Source: a virus. From it: DNA of 64,000 nucleotides. This document shows positions 27,298-37,615 of the stretch, in pieces (positions within the stretch are counted from its first letter, which is position 1; each line of letters opens with the position of its first letter). The stretch is from the IMG/VR virus record IMGVR_UViG_3300005573_000070; one strand, written 5' to 3'. The notes under the pieces were generated by a model. The model worked only from the letters and a program-made list of their open reading frames with translations. It did no database searches and was not told the DNA's origin. The position numbers and the translations under genes were made by a program.

Positions 27298-27807
27298 CTA
27301 CTTCAATAGTATCAAACATGTTGGATTGTCTGCTGTTGGTTTTCTGAGCAAATACCCAACAAATGTTTTCTCGTTCGTACCATTAGTTACGGATGTTGTT
27401 AAGGTTCCGTGTGTCACATCCACATACACTGCTGCCATCAAGCTAGCGTTCAAGAAATCGTTCTCGTAATTATCAACCACTACTTCAGAACCATCTGCGG
27501 CTGTGAAATAGTTTGGCGCTATTTCAACTAATCCGGACACAATAACTGTTACTAGTCCGGACCCGTACATACCATAATCATCTGAAACTTCGTTTACATA
27601 GGAATTTTTGTGGCATTTCACTAATCCAAGTACCTTGGTATTTGAAGTTACGGGAACAACTTCGCCGTTTGCGTTTAATGTTACAGGTCTTCCGGCATAT
27701 AATACAGCATCAGATTTTGGAGGAAGTGAAACTGGTATGTACGCCGGGCTCTTTACTTCGATACCTATCTTTCTTCCCCAGCTTGAAAATGTTAATGCGT
27801 TTGCCAT
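27298..27807 (-). CDS. capsid decoration/cement protein
   Basis: AGRPV.L...G, GSG.VTV; lies between protease and MCP. Confidence 0.6.
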   Translation of the reverse strand: MANALTFSSWGRKIGIEVKSPAYIPVSLPPKSDAVLYAGRPVTLNANGEVVPVTSNTKVLGLVKCHKNSYVNEVSDDYGMYGSGLVTVIVSGLVEIAPNYFTAADGSEVVVDNYENDFLNASLMAAVYVDVTHGTLTTSVTNGTNEKTFVGYLLRKPTADNPTCLILLK

Positions 27808-27823
27808 CTCCGGTTACCTCCAA

Positions 27824-30145
27824 TTATCTCTCTAGTGATTTCTGTGCGATTTCGATTATATCAAGGTCGGTATCTTCGTTGGATATAAAGATTTGCGGAA
27901 TTGATGCTTCTTTCTTTGTTGGTTCCTCTGGTTTCTTTCTCGCTGGCATTTCTTCTAAGCCTGGTAATGTACCACCAATTGGTAATTTCTCGAGTGATTT
28001 TTCTGCTAAGTTTTCGGTGGCTTTCTCGATTGGTTTTGCGGACAATATGTCAATTATCTGGCTAAGAATGTTCAATTGTGGTACTGCGAACTTGTTCAAA
28101 AGTTCTGCCAATTTTGTTTTCTGCGCATCTTCTAATTCGGTCATTCCTGACACTTTATCAATAAGCTCTTCGATAATGACCGCTTTGTCTCTCTTCTCAG
28201 TCTTCTCTTTCAGTTCTGTAAGTTCTTTCTCGGCTTTCTCACGTTTCTCTTTCTCCTCTTCCAAAGCCTTCTTTAAGAGGTCAATTTTTGCTTTGATGAC
28301 GAGATCCTCTGAAGTTGAAGATTGTACATTTATAGTTTGGGCTGGTTCACCAACACCTTTGCCTGGTAATTTACTAAAATACTGTTTTACCTTAACAGAG
28401 GGACCAGATTCTGGTTTTTCAACACTTTCTTTTACTTCTTCAGAACTAACTGAAGCAATGGGTCCTTCTGCTGGTGAAGGTTTCTTCATGGAAGGGATCT
28501 CTTCCTCGTTAAAAGACCATTCTGCTTTCTTTGTGAATTTTTGATTTTCTAAATAAGCCCTCTTTGCCAATGCAGGTAAAACTTCGCCTTTTAACTTATC
28601 GTAAGATCCTTGGGACATCTTCACAACCTGGTCAATAATATCTTCTGGTTCTATAACTGTTTTGTCATCATTGAGAATCCTTTTTTGAATGTTTTCCGGT
28701 ATAATATCGCTTGCACGTACTTTTATTGATCTGTTAGCGTCCGAGAAAACAAAATAACTGTCCTCGAACGTCTTCCCACGTATATAAGTCCCTTGCATTA
28801 CCTTTTTCCCTCCTAGTGATGCTGATGTTGTGGTTTCTGGTTTCAACTTTTGCGCTTTTTCGAACAAAAATTTTTCTTTACTTTTTCGTGGTAAAATTCC
28901 AAATTCTTTTGGAACCGGAATAGACCCGATCTCTTGGTTCCCTGTAAAAACAACATATCTGTCATCTTTCAATCTAAAGGTATACGGACCTATCGTAATT
29001 TCTTCAGGATACTCCTTTAGTTTAATCTTTTCGGGCGATTTTAACAAAAATTCGCTGGCCTCGCCGGGATCAGTTATAGCGGATTTCTTCTCGGTACCAA
29101 CAAATTCCGGTACCGTCTTCTCAAGCTCTTCGGACGATTTCTCTGGTTCCTTTTTTGGTTCTGGTTCCTTCTCTGGTTCCTCTTCCACAATCGGTAACTT
29201 TTCACTCTTTTCTTCCACTTTTTCTTTCACAATGGGTTCGACAACAGGAGTAATCTGTTGGTCAATCTTCTGAAGAACTGGGTCAATTACCTTACGAACC
29301 TGCTCGTCAACCACTCGTTTAACACGCTGTTCTATCTTGTTTTCTATTACTGTATCAACCAGTTCCCCTAAGGAGGTTGGTCTCCGAGGATCTGGCTCTG
29401 CGCTCTTTAACATAGCTTCTTTCACCATACTATATTTCTTAAAATGTTCTGCCAATTTGGGATTTTGAATATCGCGGCTTGCAAATATCTGAAATATATA
29501 AGCTGTAGGATCAGCCGGTACATCTACGATAGAATCTTCTATAAATGTCAAACCTCGGTTAATTTCGTAAACCTTTTTACCATTGGCAGTACGACCCTTA
29601 ACGTACCCGGGAGATTTTGGGTTCATGTGCGAACAAAGATCTTCAGGACTTTTCGCAACGTTGCCACAGACTGAACATATACATTCTTGGACCAATACAG
29701 ACATCGAAGTTGTTCTTAACTGACCAGATACGATACGATTCAACAAACCGGGTCTTTTCTTCTCAGCATCCTCTTTATCAATTGCAGCTAGAATTTGAAC
29801 ATATTTATCGTCAGGGAATTCGTGGTAAGTTGCGTCCAAAATGATACCAAAGGCCTTATCAGGACTGTCTGAATCGTGGTTGTAATAAACGCCTTTGCCG
29901 ATAAAAGTATGGTAAGATTTCTCCAGTTCGGTATCCTCGAAGTAATCCCCGTTTTGATTTGCCGCGTTTGCGGTAATAGCCCTTGCCCTATAATAAACAA
30001 AGTTTTCTGGATCCCACTCAAATTCGAAGTCGTTATATGGTAAGGTCCCCGCTCTTACAAAGTTGACCCAGTCATGTTTCAAGGACTCAATTTGATTCCC
30101 TGTGTAGAAACTTCCTATTATTGTTGCCCTCTTTATGAACGCCAT
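27824..30145 (-). CDS. prohead protease-scaffold fusion
   Basis: NQNGDYF, YNH, TSMS, CSVC Zn-ribbon, FIEDSIVDVPADPTA; long charged scaffold-like C-terminus. Confidence 0.75.
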   Translation of the reverse strand: MAFIKRATIIGSFYTGNQIESLKHDWVNFVRAGTLPYNDFEFEWDPENFVYYRARAITANAANQNGDYFEDTELEKSYHTFIGKGVYYNHDSDSPDKAFGIILDATYHEFPDDKYVQILAAIDKEDAEKKRPGLLNRIVSGQLRTTSMSVLVQECICSVCGNVAKSPEDLCSHMNPKSPGYVKGRTANGKKVYEINRGLTFIEDSIVDVPADPTAYIFQIFASRDIQNPKLAEHFKKYSMVKEAMLKSAEPDPRRPTSLGELVDTVIENKIEQRVKRVVDEQVRKVIDPVLQKIDQQITPVVEPIVKEKVEEKSEKLPIVEEEPEKEPEPKKEPEKSSEELEKTVPEFVGTEKKSAITDPGEASEFLLKSPEKIKLKEYPEEITIGPYTFRLKDDRYVVFTGNQEIGSIPVPKEFGILPRKSKEKFLFEKAQKLKPETTTSASLGGKKVMQGTYIRGKTFEDSYFVFSDANRSIKVRASDIIPENIQKRILNDDKTVIEPEDIIDQVVKMSQGSYDKLKGEVLPALAKRAYLENQKFTKKAEWSFNEEEIPSMKKPSPAEGPIASVSSEEVKESVEKPESGPSVKVKQYFSKLPGKGVGEPAQTINVQSSTSEDLVIKAKIDLLKKALEEEKEKREKAEKELTELKEKTEKRDKAVIIEELIDKVSGMTELEDAQKTKLAELLNKFAVPQLNILSQIIDILSAKPIEKATENLAEKSLEKLPIGGTLPGLEEMPARKKPEEPTKKEASIPQIFISNEDTDLDIIEIAQKSLER

Positions 30146-30263
30146 CTTTCTTGCCCTTTTTCTGTTTAAGATTGCAAGTACGTTTCTCTTTTGGGTTCAA
30201 ACATTTTGGACAAATTTCGATTACTTCAAGATCTGATGGTACTCCTCGTTTTATGAATGCCAT
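30087..30263 (-). CDS. small Cys-containing ORF starting MAFIKRG
   Basis: GGGAGGGT RBS; N-terminus duplicates the protease N-terminus MAFIKRA. Confidence 0.4.
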   Translation of the reverse strand: MAFIKRGVPSDLEVIEICPKCLNPKEKRTCNLKQKKGKKDGVHKEGNNNRKFLHRESN

Positions 30264-30329
30264 CTTTACCCTCCCGGTTCTGTTTAACATTTCAGATACC
30301 CGCGATGTCAAGGCAACGGTTTGACCAAC

Positions 30330-30629
30330 TCAATACAACTCACTTGGCTTGGTTCCAATGACAGGACCATTAACATAATCATAATATCTGATATCGGTAC
30401 GAATCCCATAGTAAGGAGGCTGATTCATGTACGGGGCGTCATAAACAGTAGGATGGTCCTTAACGTACGGATTGAATCTGGTCGGCGATTCTCTGTAATC
30501 GGTAATATCTTTCAACCTTACCGGAACAAATTTAATTTTAACGGGGATCTTCTTCCTAAAACTACTTGAAAAATAGCGAGAAATTGCCGGAATAAGGATA
30601 TTACCAGCTTTGTAAACAGGAATTTTCAT
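30330..30629 (-). CDS. Pro/Tyr-rich hypothetical protein
   Basis: 99 aa between portal and protease. Confidence 0.45.
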   Translation of the reverse strand: MKIPVYKAGNILIPAISRYFSSSFRKKIPVKIKFVPVRLKDITDYRESPTRFNPYVKDHPTVYDAPYMNQPPYYGIRTDIRYYDYVNGPVIGTKPSELY

Positions 30630-30633
30630 TTAC

Positions 30634-30658
30634 GTGGTCTGGCCCAATAACGGGCCGC
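30634..30658 (-). repeat. solo right-end copy of miniature element
   Basis: gcggcccgttattgggccagaccac, with compensatory GGCCC/GGGCC stem. Confidence 0.75.
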
Positions 30659-30682
30659 TTCTCCAAAACGAGGTAAAGAACC

Positions 30683-32449
30683 TCAACTTCTCGTGCCCGG
30701 TACCGTTTCAGGACCTGTACTGGTCGCGGCCGGGGTTTCGGGTTTTGTTTCAGGTTTCTCTACCCCAACGGGTTTGGTCTCAGTTCCCTTCTCAAGAGGT
30801 TCAGCTCTTGGTGGTATAGCTGTTTTACCAGTTGGTGTCGGAATATATGGTGGAGCTTTCAGTTCTTCTAGTACCGAAGGACGACCTGGTTTCGTAACAC
30901 GCTCGCCTAGTTCCGCCCCTTTCTTAACGGCTTCAGGAACAGGCACTCCGTTAATAACCTCGTTCATTATACCTTTATCTTTGGACTTTTCGCGTATAGC
31001 TTCTTTATAAACTATGTCAAACACTGTTGACTGTTCATTTTCAAGGTCTTTCTTAACCTGTTCGTAATCAAAATTGAACACTTCGCATAAGAGTTTGAAT
31101 GGTATCTCTTGTTTGTCACGCAACCTCATTAGTAATTCGCGCTCTGCTTGTTCGTTAAGGAGATTGCGTTGTTTCCATTTGAAAACGGGAAGGATCAAAT
31201 TACCATTTTTGTCTTTGTACCCTCTGGCAACAGCTATTGGTCTAAAGACCTTGTTAAGAACAACGTTTTCAACTCTCTTCCTGAAAGCAAGATATCTCAT
31301 CATAACAAGACGGGTACTAACAGTAGCAGATGCGTAAGGGGAAACGGATCCTTTCAAGAACTCGTCGCTCGCCATTAAGCCAACTAGAATTCGTTTGTAG
31401 ACAAACTCGAGTAAATTTATCGGATTTTCAAACTTACCAACTGGTGTTGGAAAGTCAATATTCACGAACGGATGTGTAACAATAGTAAATGAAGGGTCAC
31501 TTTGAGCTTGCATCAATAACCTTCTGATCTCTTCAATTTGTCTCTTGCTTGGGATTATACCTTTACCAGCGTCACCGACTTTTACCAACTTTATCGGAAA
31601 CATACTCGTATCTATATACGTGAACAATAAAAGCAACAACTTCTCTTCAAGTAACAAGTATTTGAGAACTCTCGTGACTAAAGAACTTCCTCTAGCAATG
31701 TACGCGGCCGGTTTCCTTGACAAGACTATCAAATTATTGTTGTTTAGAATGTAGGGCTTCCCCTTGAGGATTGATTCTTTAAGATCGTCTGGTATTAACT
31801 TGGCTACGGCACGGTCGGTTGCCTTTGGAGACGACAAAACACGTTTTAATTCTTCGTCAGGTTTCAGTGCGTAAACAACACCGGGCCCAACGTACGTTTT
31901 AAACACTTCGATATTCTCCGGAGGATATTGAACAAAACTTTTCCAGGTCAGATCAGTATCATCCCAATCACCGTACCCTATCGCTTCACCAACCAAAAAA
32001 TAATCCCTACCTAATTGCATCAAAAACTCGTGCAAAGAGGTACGGTCCTTAAGGTCATTATATTCTTTCTCAATTGCCGGGTCCGAACAACCCAGTTCAA
32101 AGTCACATAAACTGAACTCGACATGGGTATCAATAACAGTACCAACAACAGGATGATAGTTGTAATAATGACGAAGACGACGGTTTAGTTCACGAATGTT
32201 TTCTTTCGGGAACAGAACAAGTACAGGATCGAATAGCGGATCAACATAGGTAAGAGGTAGCCGCATCGTGTCAGATCCGGTTCCCCAGATATCTCCCGCT
32301 GCGGCACGTTTTTCGAAGGAAGCTTTTTTAAGAAGGGCTGCATCTTTTATAGTTTCACCGTCGGGGACAAAGTTGACATGAACACCAGCAGGTGCCGGCA
32401 ATCTCTTCTTTCCTCCGGATTGGTTTTCGGGCGCGTTTTTCTCGGTCAT
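30683..32449 (-). CDS. portal protein
   Basis: RHYY...P.V..VID.H, DYFLVGEA...G.W; follows terL. Confidence 0.8.
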   Translation of the reverse strand: MTEKNAPENQSGGKKRLPAPAGVHVNFVPDGETIKDAALLKKASFEKRAAAGDIWGTGSDTMRLPLTYVDPLFDPVLVLFPKENIRELNRRLRHYYNYHPVVGTVIDTHVEFSLCDFELGCSDPAIEKEYNDLKDRTSLHEFLMQLGRDYFLVGEAIGYGDWDDTDLTWKSFVQYPPENIEVFKTYVGPGVVYALKPDEELKRVLSSPKATDRAVAKLIPDDLKESILKGKPYILNNNNLIVLSRKPAAYIARGSSLVTRVLKYLLLEEKLLLLLFTYIDTSMFPIKLVKVGDAGKGIIPSKRQIEEIRRLLMQAQSDPSFTIVTHPFVNIDFPTPVGKFENPINLLEFVYKRILVGLMASDEFLKGSVSPYASATVSTRLVMMRYLAFRKRVENVVLNKVFRPIAVARGYKDKNGNLILPVFKWKQRNLLNEQAERELLMRLRDKQEIPFKLLCEVFNFDYEQVKKDLENEQSTVFDIVYKEAIREKSKDKGIMNEVINGVPVPEAVKKGAELGERVTKPGRPSVLEELKAPPYIPTPTGKTAIPPRAEPLEKGTETKPVGVEKPETKPETPAATSTGPETVPGTRS

Positions 32450-32461
32450 GTTTCACCCCCA

Positions 32462-33559
32462 TCACACATTAAAATACTGATTTAATCCTTCAAGGTTTAA
32501 ACCGTACAACTTACCATCCTCTCCTTTAAAAGTGCCCCTGGTTTCTAATGTGTTATCTTTAAGATTATGTACAAATATTGTTAGTCCCTTTTTGGAAATA
32601 TCATCCTTAGTAAAAAGCAATACTACTGCAAAGTATGCGGGAACTTCAAAAGTAGTCTTAGTAATTTCGACACCTTCAACAGACGGCTGTGTTTCAAAAA
32701 CCTCGCCCTTCTGGGACCTGTACATTAGATCTTTTACCTGGACAGTGTAGCCAGGAATATTCAAGGACTCGACATAGTCAAAGATGGTCCTGACAGCATC
32801 CACAACGTCTGGGGTAATCTCTTCAGAAGTTTCCTCAAAAAACTCTGCCGGGGTCTTTTCGTCGACAAACTCTTCTTGTTCGGTCAGTTCGGTAACAACG
32901 TCTTTAGGTTGTTTCTCATCCTGAGCCGTTTTGATACCCATTGGCATATCTTCTGGTGAATGAATATTTTTGCGAGACACCAGATCTTTTTCGGTCAGAA
33001 CGCGGTCAAAAGTATACAATTTTTTAACCTTACCTTCAAGTTCTTTCAAAGCAGACTCTAACGTATAATGCTCACTAACAATCTCACGATCTATATCCTT
33101 CTGACCAAAGATACAGTATCTATCAGTCCATGGCATTATAAAGTAATATTCATACTTGTTGTCCTTGGACTCACCCCATCCATAATTTATGCCGGGAATT
33201 GTCGGGGGCGTATCTAAATAAGGCTGTGCGTCTAAATAGACGTCCGGATCAACTCCAGTCAGCTTCTTAAAAACTCTCCGAATTTTGTTTAGATTGTACC
33301 CGAGACTGATCAAGAAGTTCTCGATGTACTTGTAACTGTACTTACCTTCGGCAATAAGGTCACGCATATATTGCTCTAGTTCCAACATTTCTTGTTGGGT
33401 AGAAGAACCACTATAAGGAACTTTTTGAAGAATACGAGAAATATCCCAAGTAAAACCACCTTCTTTCTTAATATGTTGTCTTAAGACGGGGTCGTTTTCG
33501 TAGTCAAAGTATACATCATCTTCTCCCAAATCGATCCATTTTAACGATTTAGTTACCAT
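32462..33559 (-). CDS. hypothetical protein between terL and portal
   Basis: 365-aa ORF with GGAGGT RBS. Confidence 0.6.
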   Translation of the reverse strand: MVTKSLKWIDLGEDDVYFDYENDPVLRQHIKKEGGFTWDISRILQKVPYSGSSTQQEMLELEQYMRDLIAEGKYSYKYIENFLISLGYNLNKIRRVFKKLTGVDPDVYLDAQPYLDTPPTIPGINYGWGESKDNKYEYYFIMPWTDRYCIFGQKDIDREIVSEHYTLESALKELEGKVKKLYTFDRVLTEKDLVSRKNIHSPEDMPMGIKTAQDEKQPKDVVTELTEQEEFVDEKTPAEFFEETSEEITPDVVDAVRTIFDYVESLNIPGYTVQVKDLMYRSQKGEVFETQPSVEGVEITKTTFEVPAYFAVVLLFTKDDISKKGLTIFVHNLKDNTLETRGTFKGEDGKLYGLNLEGLNQYFNV

Positions 33560-33574
33560 TTTGTTTACCTCCTG

Positions 33575-33850
33575 TTAGCGGACCTCTGACACAAATAAAG
33601 TTTCTTCGGGTACGGCCAATCTAACACCGTCAAGTTCGATCTCGTACATACCATTTTCCATAACTCTAGCTACTTTAACTTTACAAACGCCCATTCCGCC
33701 GTCGTAACAAACAACGTCTCCTTCGTCATATTTAGAATAAAAACCCTGTTTTTGAACTTTCTCAATGATCCTTCTCAATTTCCTGCTTTTTTTGTCTAAT
33801 TGCCAGGATGAACCTGCTTTGTCAAACTGAGACGGGTCTACAAATCTCAT
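33575..33850 (-). CDS. small protein with SH3-like C-terminus
   Basis: YDEGDVV....CKVKV...YEIE pattern. Confidence 0.5.
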   Translation of the reverse strand: MRFVDPSQFDKAGSSWQLDKKSRKLRRIIEKVQKQGFYSKYDEGDVVCYDGGMGVCKVKVARVMENGMYEIELDGVRLAVPEETLFVSEVR

Positions 33851-33864
33851 CTCAAGTACCCCTG

Positions 33865-34269
33865 TTAAAATTCTTCGCGGGCAATTGAAGGTTTACTTTC
33901 AGTGGTTCCTCTTCCAAGATATGGTTCCAAATCAGTTATATGAGACGAGGTTCCGGGACCGGTTCCTTGGGTATGTTCCCGTGGTACAAATTCTTCGTCG
34001 AGTACCCCAGGACTTGCTGGCAAACCAATACCAGGTTCACGGCGCCAGGTCATCGAGCCCCAAGGAAATCTTCTGGGGTCAAACCTCCAATATTGTCTTG
34101 GTATACGGAATCTCACTGGAAAATAAGGACACAGTCGAGGATCTCTCAAACGGAGACGGAGTCCTTGACCAGGACCAATAGTTCTGCCCAGACCCCGACC
34201 TCCGGTTAAGCTTTGACCCAATCCAGGACCAAGATACAAATTCCTTACTGGTTGACCATGCCTTTTCAT
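33865..34269 (-). CDS. G/P/R-rich hypothetical protein
   Basis: 134 aa, coupled to the terL stop. Confidence 0.45.
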   Translation of the reverse strand: MKRHGQPVRNLYLGPGLGQSLTGGRGLGRTIGPGQGLRLRLRDPRLCPYFPVRFRIPRQYWRFDPRRFPWGSMTWRREPGIGLPASPGVLDEEFVPREHTQGTGPGTSSHITDLEPYLGRGTTESKPSIAREEF

Positions 34270-35876
34270 TTTTGAACGACAAAACCTCCTTGTTCGACCG
34301 GAATAAAATCGGGTGAACTATCGATAGATATCCAGCCCGACTCGGTTTTAGATACTATCTTTTGTTCACGAAACAATCTAAGAGCACAACACAAAGAATC
34401 GACCCTGTCTTTAGAATATTGTGGTAAATGGTCGACTTTGCTTCCCTTGAGAACGACCAACCTCTTAAGTTCTTCTAAAAACAAAGAATCCGGGATTAAC
34501 TCTATCCTTTTCTGGTAAATCTGTTCCTTTAAAAACGCAAAATCTTGGAACGTCAAGTTTATATCATACGACGGGATACCTCTGGATGTTAATTCCTCTA
34601 TTATCATGACCGAATTCCATCGGTCGAAAACAACTGCTAATATCTTAATCTTTCTAGACAGTTCCAATATTATCTCAGCAACGTTCTTAAACGAGACAAT
34701 TTCGCCCTTAGCATAATCTGGGGTCCATGATAGTAATAAATCGTGCACATAATAAGGTTGTCCGTCCTTAAGTTCACAATGGACTACAGATAGACAAGCC
34801 GAATCGGAACGCCAGCCAAGATCGACCCCGATTATATGTGGATGTGGACATTCTCGTACCTGACTTATAATTTTCTTTTTAACATGAAGTCCGTCAGTCA
34901 CGTCTTCGCATAAAACAAGAGGTACGGACATAGCACATTCGTCGACCTTGGATGGTACCTCGATAAACGGGCTCTCAACCTCGGTAGGTTGGCACATGTA
35001 GCATGTCATTGACCCGAATGGGTCACGATCAAAGTCTTCTTTAAACTCTATCGGGATCAAGTGGTCTTTGAATCTGAAAAATTTTCCAGAAAAACAAGTT
35101 GGCGGTTTTACTTCCCAAGTAGCCGCTTTATCTGTATAAACGTTCAAATCGTCGAGATATTTCTTAAAGAGCCGTATGGAAAAAGAGTCTTTTGACCGCG
35201 GATATGTTATCACGAAGCCTTTGAACTTGGTACCGAAACGAGAAACGGAAGATGTTCTCAAGAGACGGTACAGTTCGTCCGCGACGTCCCCTTTTTCGGT
35301 CTTCATACCATCAGCTTCATCTAGAACCCAGACCAAGACATTGCGGCCTTCCAAACTGGCTAAATTAGTATGACCACTAAAGAGACGAATTCCTTTCGGG
35401 AAAACGACCACGTTCTTTTGAATGCTAACGGTGTCACTTTTGCTCATTGGAGGCGTAACGGAAGATATGGCTATTTTGTACCGATTACGTAACCACGGCC
35501 AATTCATGATCCTTTTCTTGAGCATTTCAAAGAACACCTGAGTCGCTTGTTCACGACTGGCTGCGACGTTTATTATATCGATTGTATCACTTTGGTGTAA
35601 TCCAAAAGCTGCAGCAGGAGACTCTAGACAAAGCAGCCAATACACAAAATAACAAAAAAGCATTGAAATAATAGTATCTTTGCCGCTTCCCTTTCCCCAA
35701 CAGACAACGGCAAAGTTCCGTCCATTATCAAAAACTTTTGTAATATCCGACCCGCACACGTACTCCATTAAACGGAGCTGTCTGTCAGACAGGGTCTTAA
35801 AATCCATGTGCGAGGGGGAAAAAATGAAGTCCTTTATAGTCAAAGGAACTTCTTCGAACTGGTTCAAAGATACCAT
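34266..35876 (-). CDS. terL: terminase large subunit
   Basis: Walker A WGKGSGKD, Walker B VLDEAD, nuclease GVDLG, FDRWNS, KDRVDS. Confidence 0.92.
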   Translation of the reverse strand: MVSLNQFEEVPLTIKDFIFSPSHMDFKTLSDRQLRLMEYVCGSDITKVFDNGRNFAVVCWGKGSGKDTIISMLFCYFVYWLLCLESPAAAFGLHQSDTIDIINVAASREQATQVFFEMLKKRIMNWPWLRNRYKIAISSVTPPMSKSDTVSIQKNVVVFPKGIRLFSGHTNLASLEGRNVLVWVLDEADGMKTEKGDVADELYRLLRTSSVSRFGTKFKGFVITYPRSKDSFSIRLFKKYLDDLNVYTDKAATWEVKPPTCFSGKFFRFKDHLIPIEFKEDFDRDPFGSMTCYMCQPTEVESPFIEVPSKVDECAMSVPLVLCEDVTDGLHVKKKIISQVRECPHPHIIGVDLGWRSDSACLSVVHCELKDGQPYYVHDLLLSWTPDYAKGEIVSFKNVAEIILELSRKIKILAVVFDRWNSVMIIEELTSRGIPSYDINLTFQDFAFLKEQIYQKRIELIPDSLFLEELKRLVVLKGSKVDHLPQYSKDRVDSLCCALRLFREQKIVSKTESGWISIDSSPDFIPVEQGGFVVQK

Positions 35877-35878
35877 GG

Positions 35879-36889
35879 TTATTTCTCGGTATTGTTGTTA
35901 TTCCTGACAAACTTTTGTAATAAGGATACGAATAAGTTACGATATAAAATGTCGTCAACTGACGAATCTTTCCGCAACAATTCCTTTAACTGAGCATTAA
36001 AAATGGTCTCGTCCGAATCGTCCAATTTCCTGATCTTCTCAATATACCGATCCGCGTACTTCCAGAACACATAATTCTTGTAATTAGACCTTACGAAGGA
36101 CCGGAAAGAATCGAGACCGGCTTTGGTCCTAAATATCTGGACAGCCGATGATACACGAGCCGACCAAGCCTCGGCAAGTTCGCCAACCAATCGTGCGATT
36201 TCCGCGCGATTGAAAAGATCGCCCAAAGACGCCTCATTGACATCAAAATCGTTGTACAAAGGCAATGTTTCGTCGTATCCGTGTACGGTAGGTAGCGGGA
36301 ACGCAGTTTGGTAAATGCGCAACAAGACGTCATCCCTATCAACAAGGTCCTTATAGCGGTATAGTGTAAGGGCGGCCTCGAACCCGGTCGGTTTTTTTGA
36401 TTCTACGGCTATATCGGCACCGGATCCTTTTCCTTCTTCCAACAAGGACTTAGCTTGATTAATAAGGTCCTTAAAAGTATCTGATATCTTTTTCCGGTAA
36501 TTTTTAATAGATGCGGCTTCGGTACCATGAAACTGGAGCGGTGTTCCAAGCTCCTGCGCCCGAACAAAACCGGTAGCCAATGTCTCGAGAAAAGTCTCTA
36601 TATCTCCGATGTACTTTTCAAATGCCGTTCTGAACTCAATCAATTTCTTATCCCATTCTAGTTCGGGAGCCTGTTTCTGGTAAGTCGTAATAGAATTGGT
36701 AAGCGGTTCGGCAGCTATTTGGATTAATTTTTCGAACTTTCTGGACACCACACCGTCGGAAAATAGACTTGCAAGTTGAAAAGGACCAACATTTGGGACC
36801 TCGTGTTCAGGATTGTCTTTATCTGGAGCCTGGTACTTGTAGATATCTTCACCAACCGGTAATACCCTGTTGGTACGTTCTCCGACCAT
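35879..36889 (-). CDS. hypothetical protein upstream of terL
   Basis: Start reassigned to ATG 36889 (GGGGAGGG RBS). Confidence 0.55.
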   Translation of the reverse strand: MVGERTNRVLPVGEDIYKYQAPDKDNPEHEVPNVGPFQLASLFSDGVVSRKFEKLIQIAAEPLTNSITTYQKQAPELEWDKKLIEFRTAFEKYIGDIETFLETLATGFVRAQELGTPLQFHGTEAASIKNYRKKISDTFKDLINQAKSLLEEGKGSGADIAVESKKPTGFEAALTLYRYKDLVDRDDVLLRIYQTAFPLPTVHGYDETLPLYNDFDVNEASLGDLFNRAEIARLVGELAEAWSARVSSAVQIFRTKAGLDSFRSFVRSNYKNYVFWKYADRYIEKIRKLDDSDETIFNAQLKELLRKDSSVDDILYRNLFVSLLQKFVRNNNNTEK

Positions 36890-36934
36890 ATTCCCTCCCC
36901 ACGACCGGACCCACAACGATAAACCACTTGGCTC

Positions 36935-37096
36935 GTGACCTGGTCCAATAAAGGACCTTCTAAGGAACTAAGCCTGAGATAAGGCTAGGTCCCCGGCCCA
37001 TAATATGTTCTGTTTGGATGTCAAGGGTAAATAAAGTGGTCCGGACCGATATAATGTGGTCTGGTCCAAATAAAGGCCAGACCCTGTCCCATAATA
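36935..37096 (-). mobile_element. stack of miniature elements (36935-37027 full; 37036-37055 and 37056-37096 partial)
   Basis: TTTA|cccttgacatcc left end; ends GGACCAGGTCAC; two further ...GGACCAC/AGACCAC ends. Confidence 0.8.
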
Positions 37097-37102
37097 GAAA
37101 TT

Positions 37103-37615
37103 TTATCCCCGGGAAGGTAAATTCGATCGAATGGTACCGATCATGCTCAACAAAGTAAAAACCCAATTAAAAGTGTCTGGGTCCGTTCGCTTAAGCTTTC
37201 TAAGGGTGTTGCTACAAATGAGAGATATATTGAAGACTGTACATTTCCGTCTCCTTGCAATTTCTGCAAACTTAGTACCGGCCAGGGCCTCTACCAAGAC
37301 CTCATATGCCTTCGGAGAACACCTTTCCTTCATGACGGCAAGATGCTTCGGAGCTGTTCGTATTAACTCGTTAATGGTCCTTATCTTGGTACGACATCGT
37401 TTCATTATATAGCTAACGGCAGGCTGCGCCATGTTCAGAAGGTAACCAATCTTAGCTTGGGTACGACCTTGTAAATACAACGGGTAACAATCAAACACTT
37501 TTCTCTCGCGTCTTGTAAAATAACATTGGCGACACACCTCGATAATACTATGCTCCGAATAGTTGAAAAGACTAAGAAACTCGACTATTTCTATAATTGT
37601 TCTAAATCTTGACAT
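37103..37615 (-). CDS. tandem-HTH (sigma70 region 4-like) DNA-binding protein
   Basis: TQAKIGYLLNMAQPAVS and FAEIARRRKCTVFNIS helix-turn-helix patterns. Confidence 0.6.
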   Translation of the reverse strand: MSRFRTIIEIVEFLSLFNYSEHSIIEVCRQCYFTRRERKVFDCYPLYLQGRTQAKIGYLLNMAQPAVSYIMKRCRTKIRTINELIRTAPKHLAVMKERCSPKAYEVLVEALAGTKFAEIARRRKCTVFNISLICSNTLRKLKRTDPDTFNWVFTLLSMIGTIRSNLPSRG

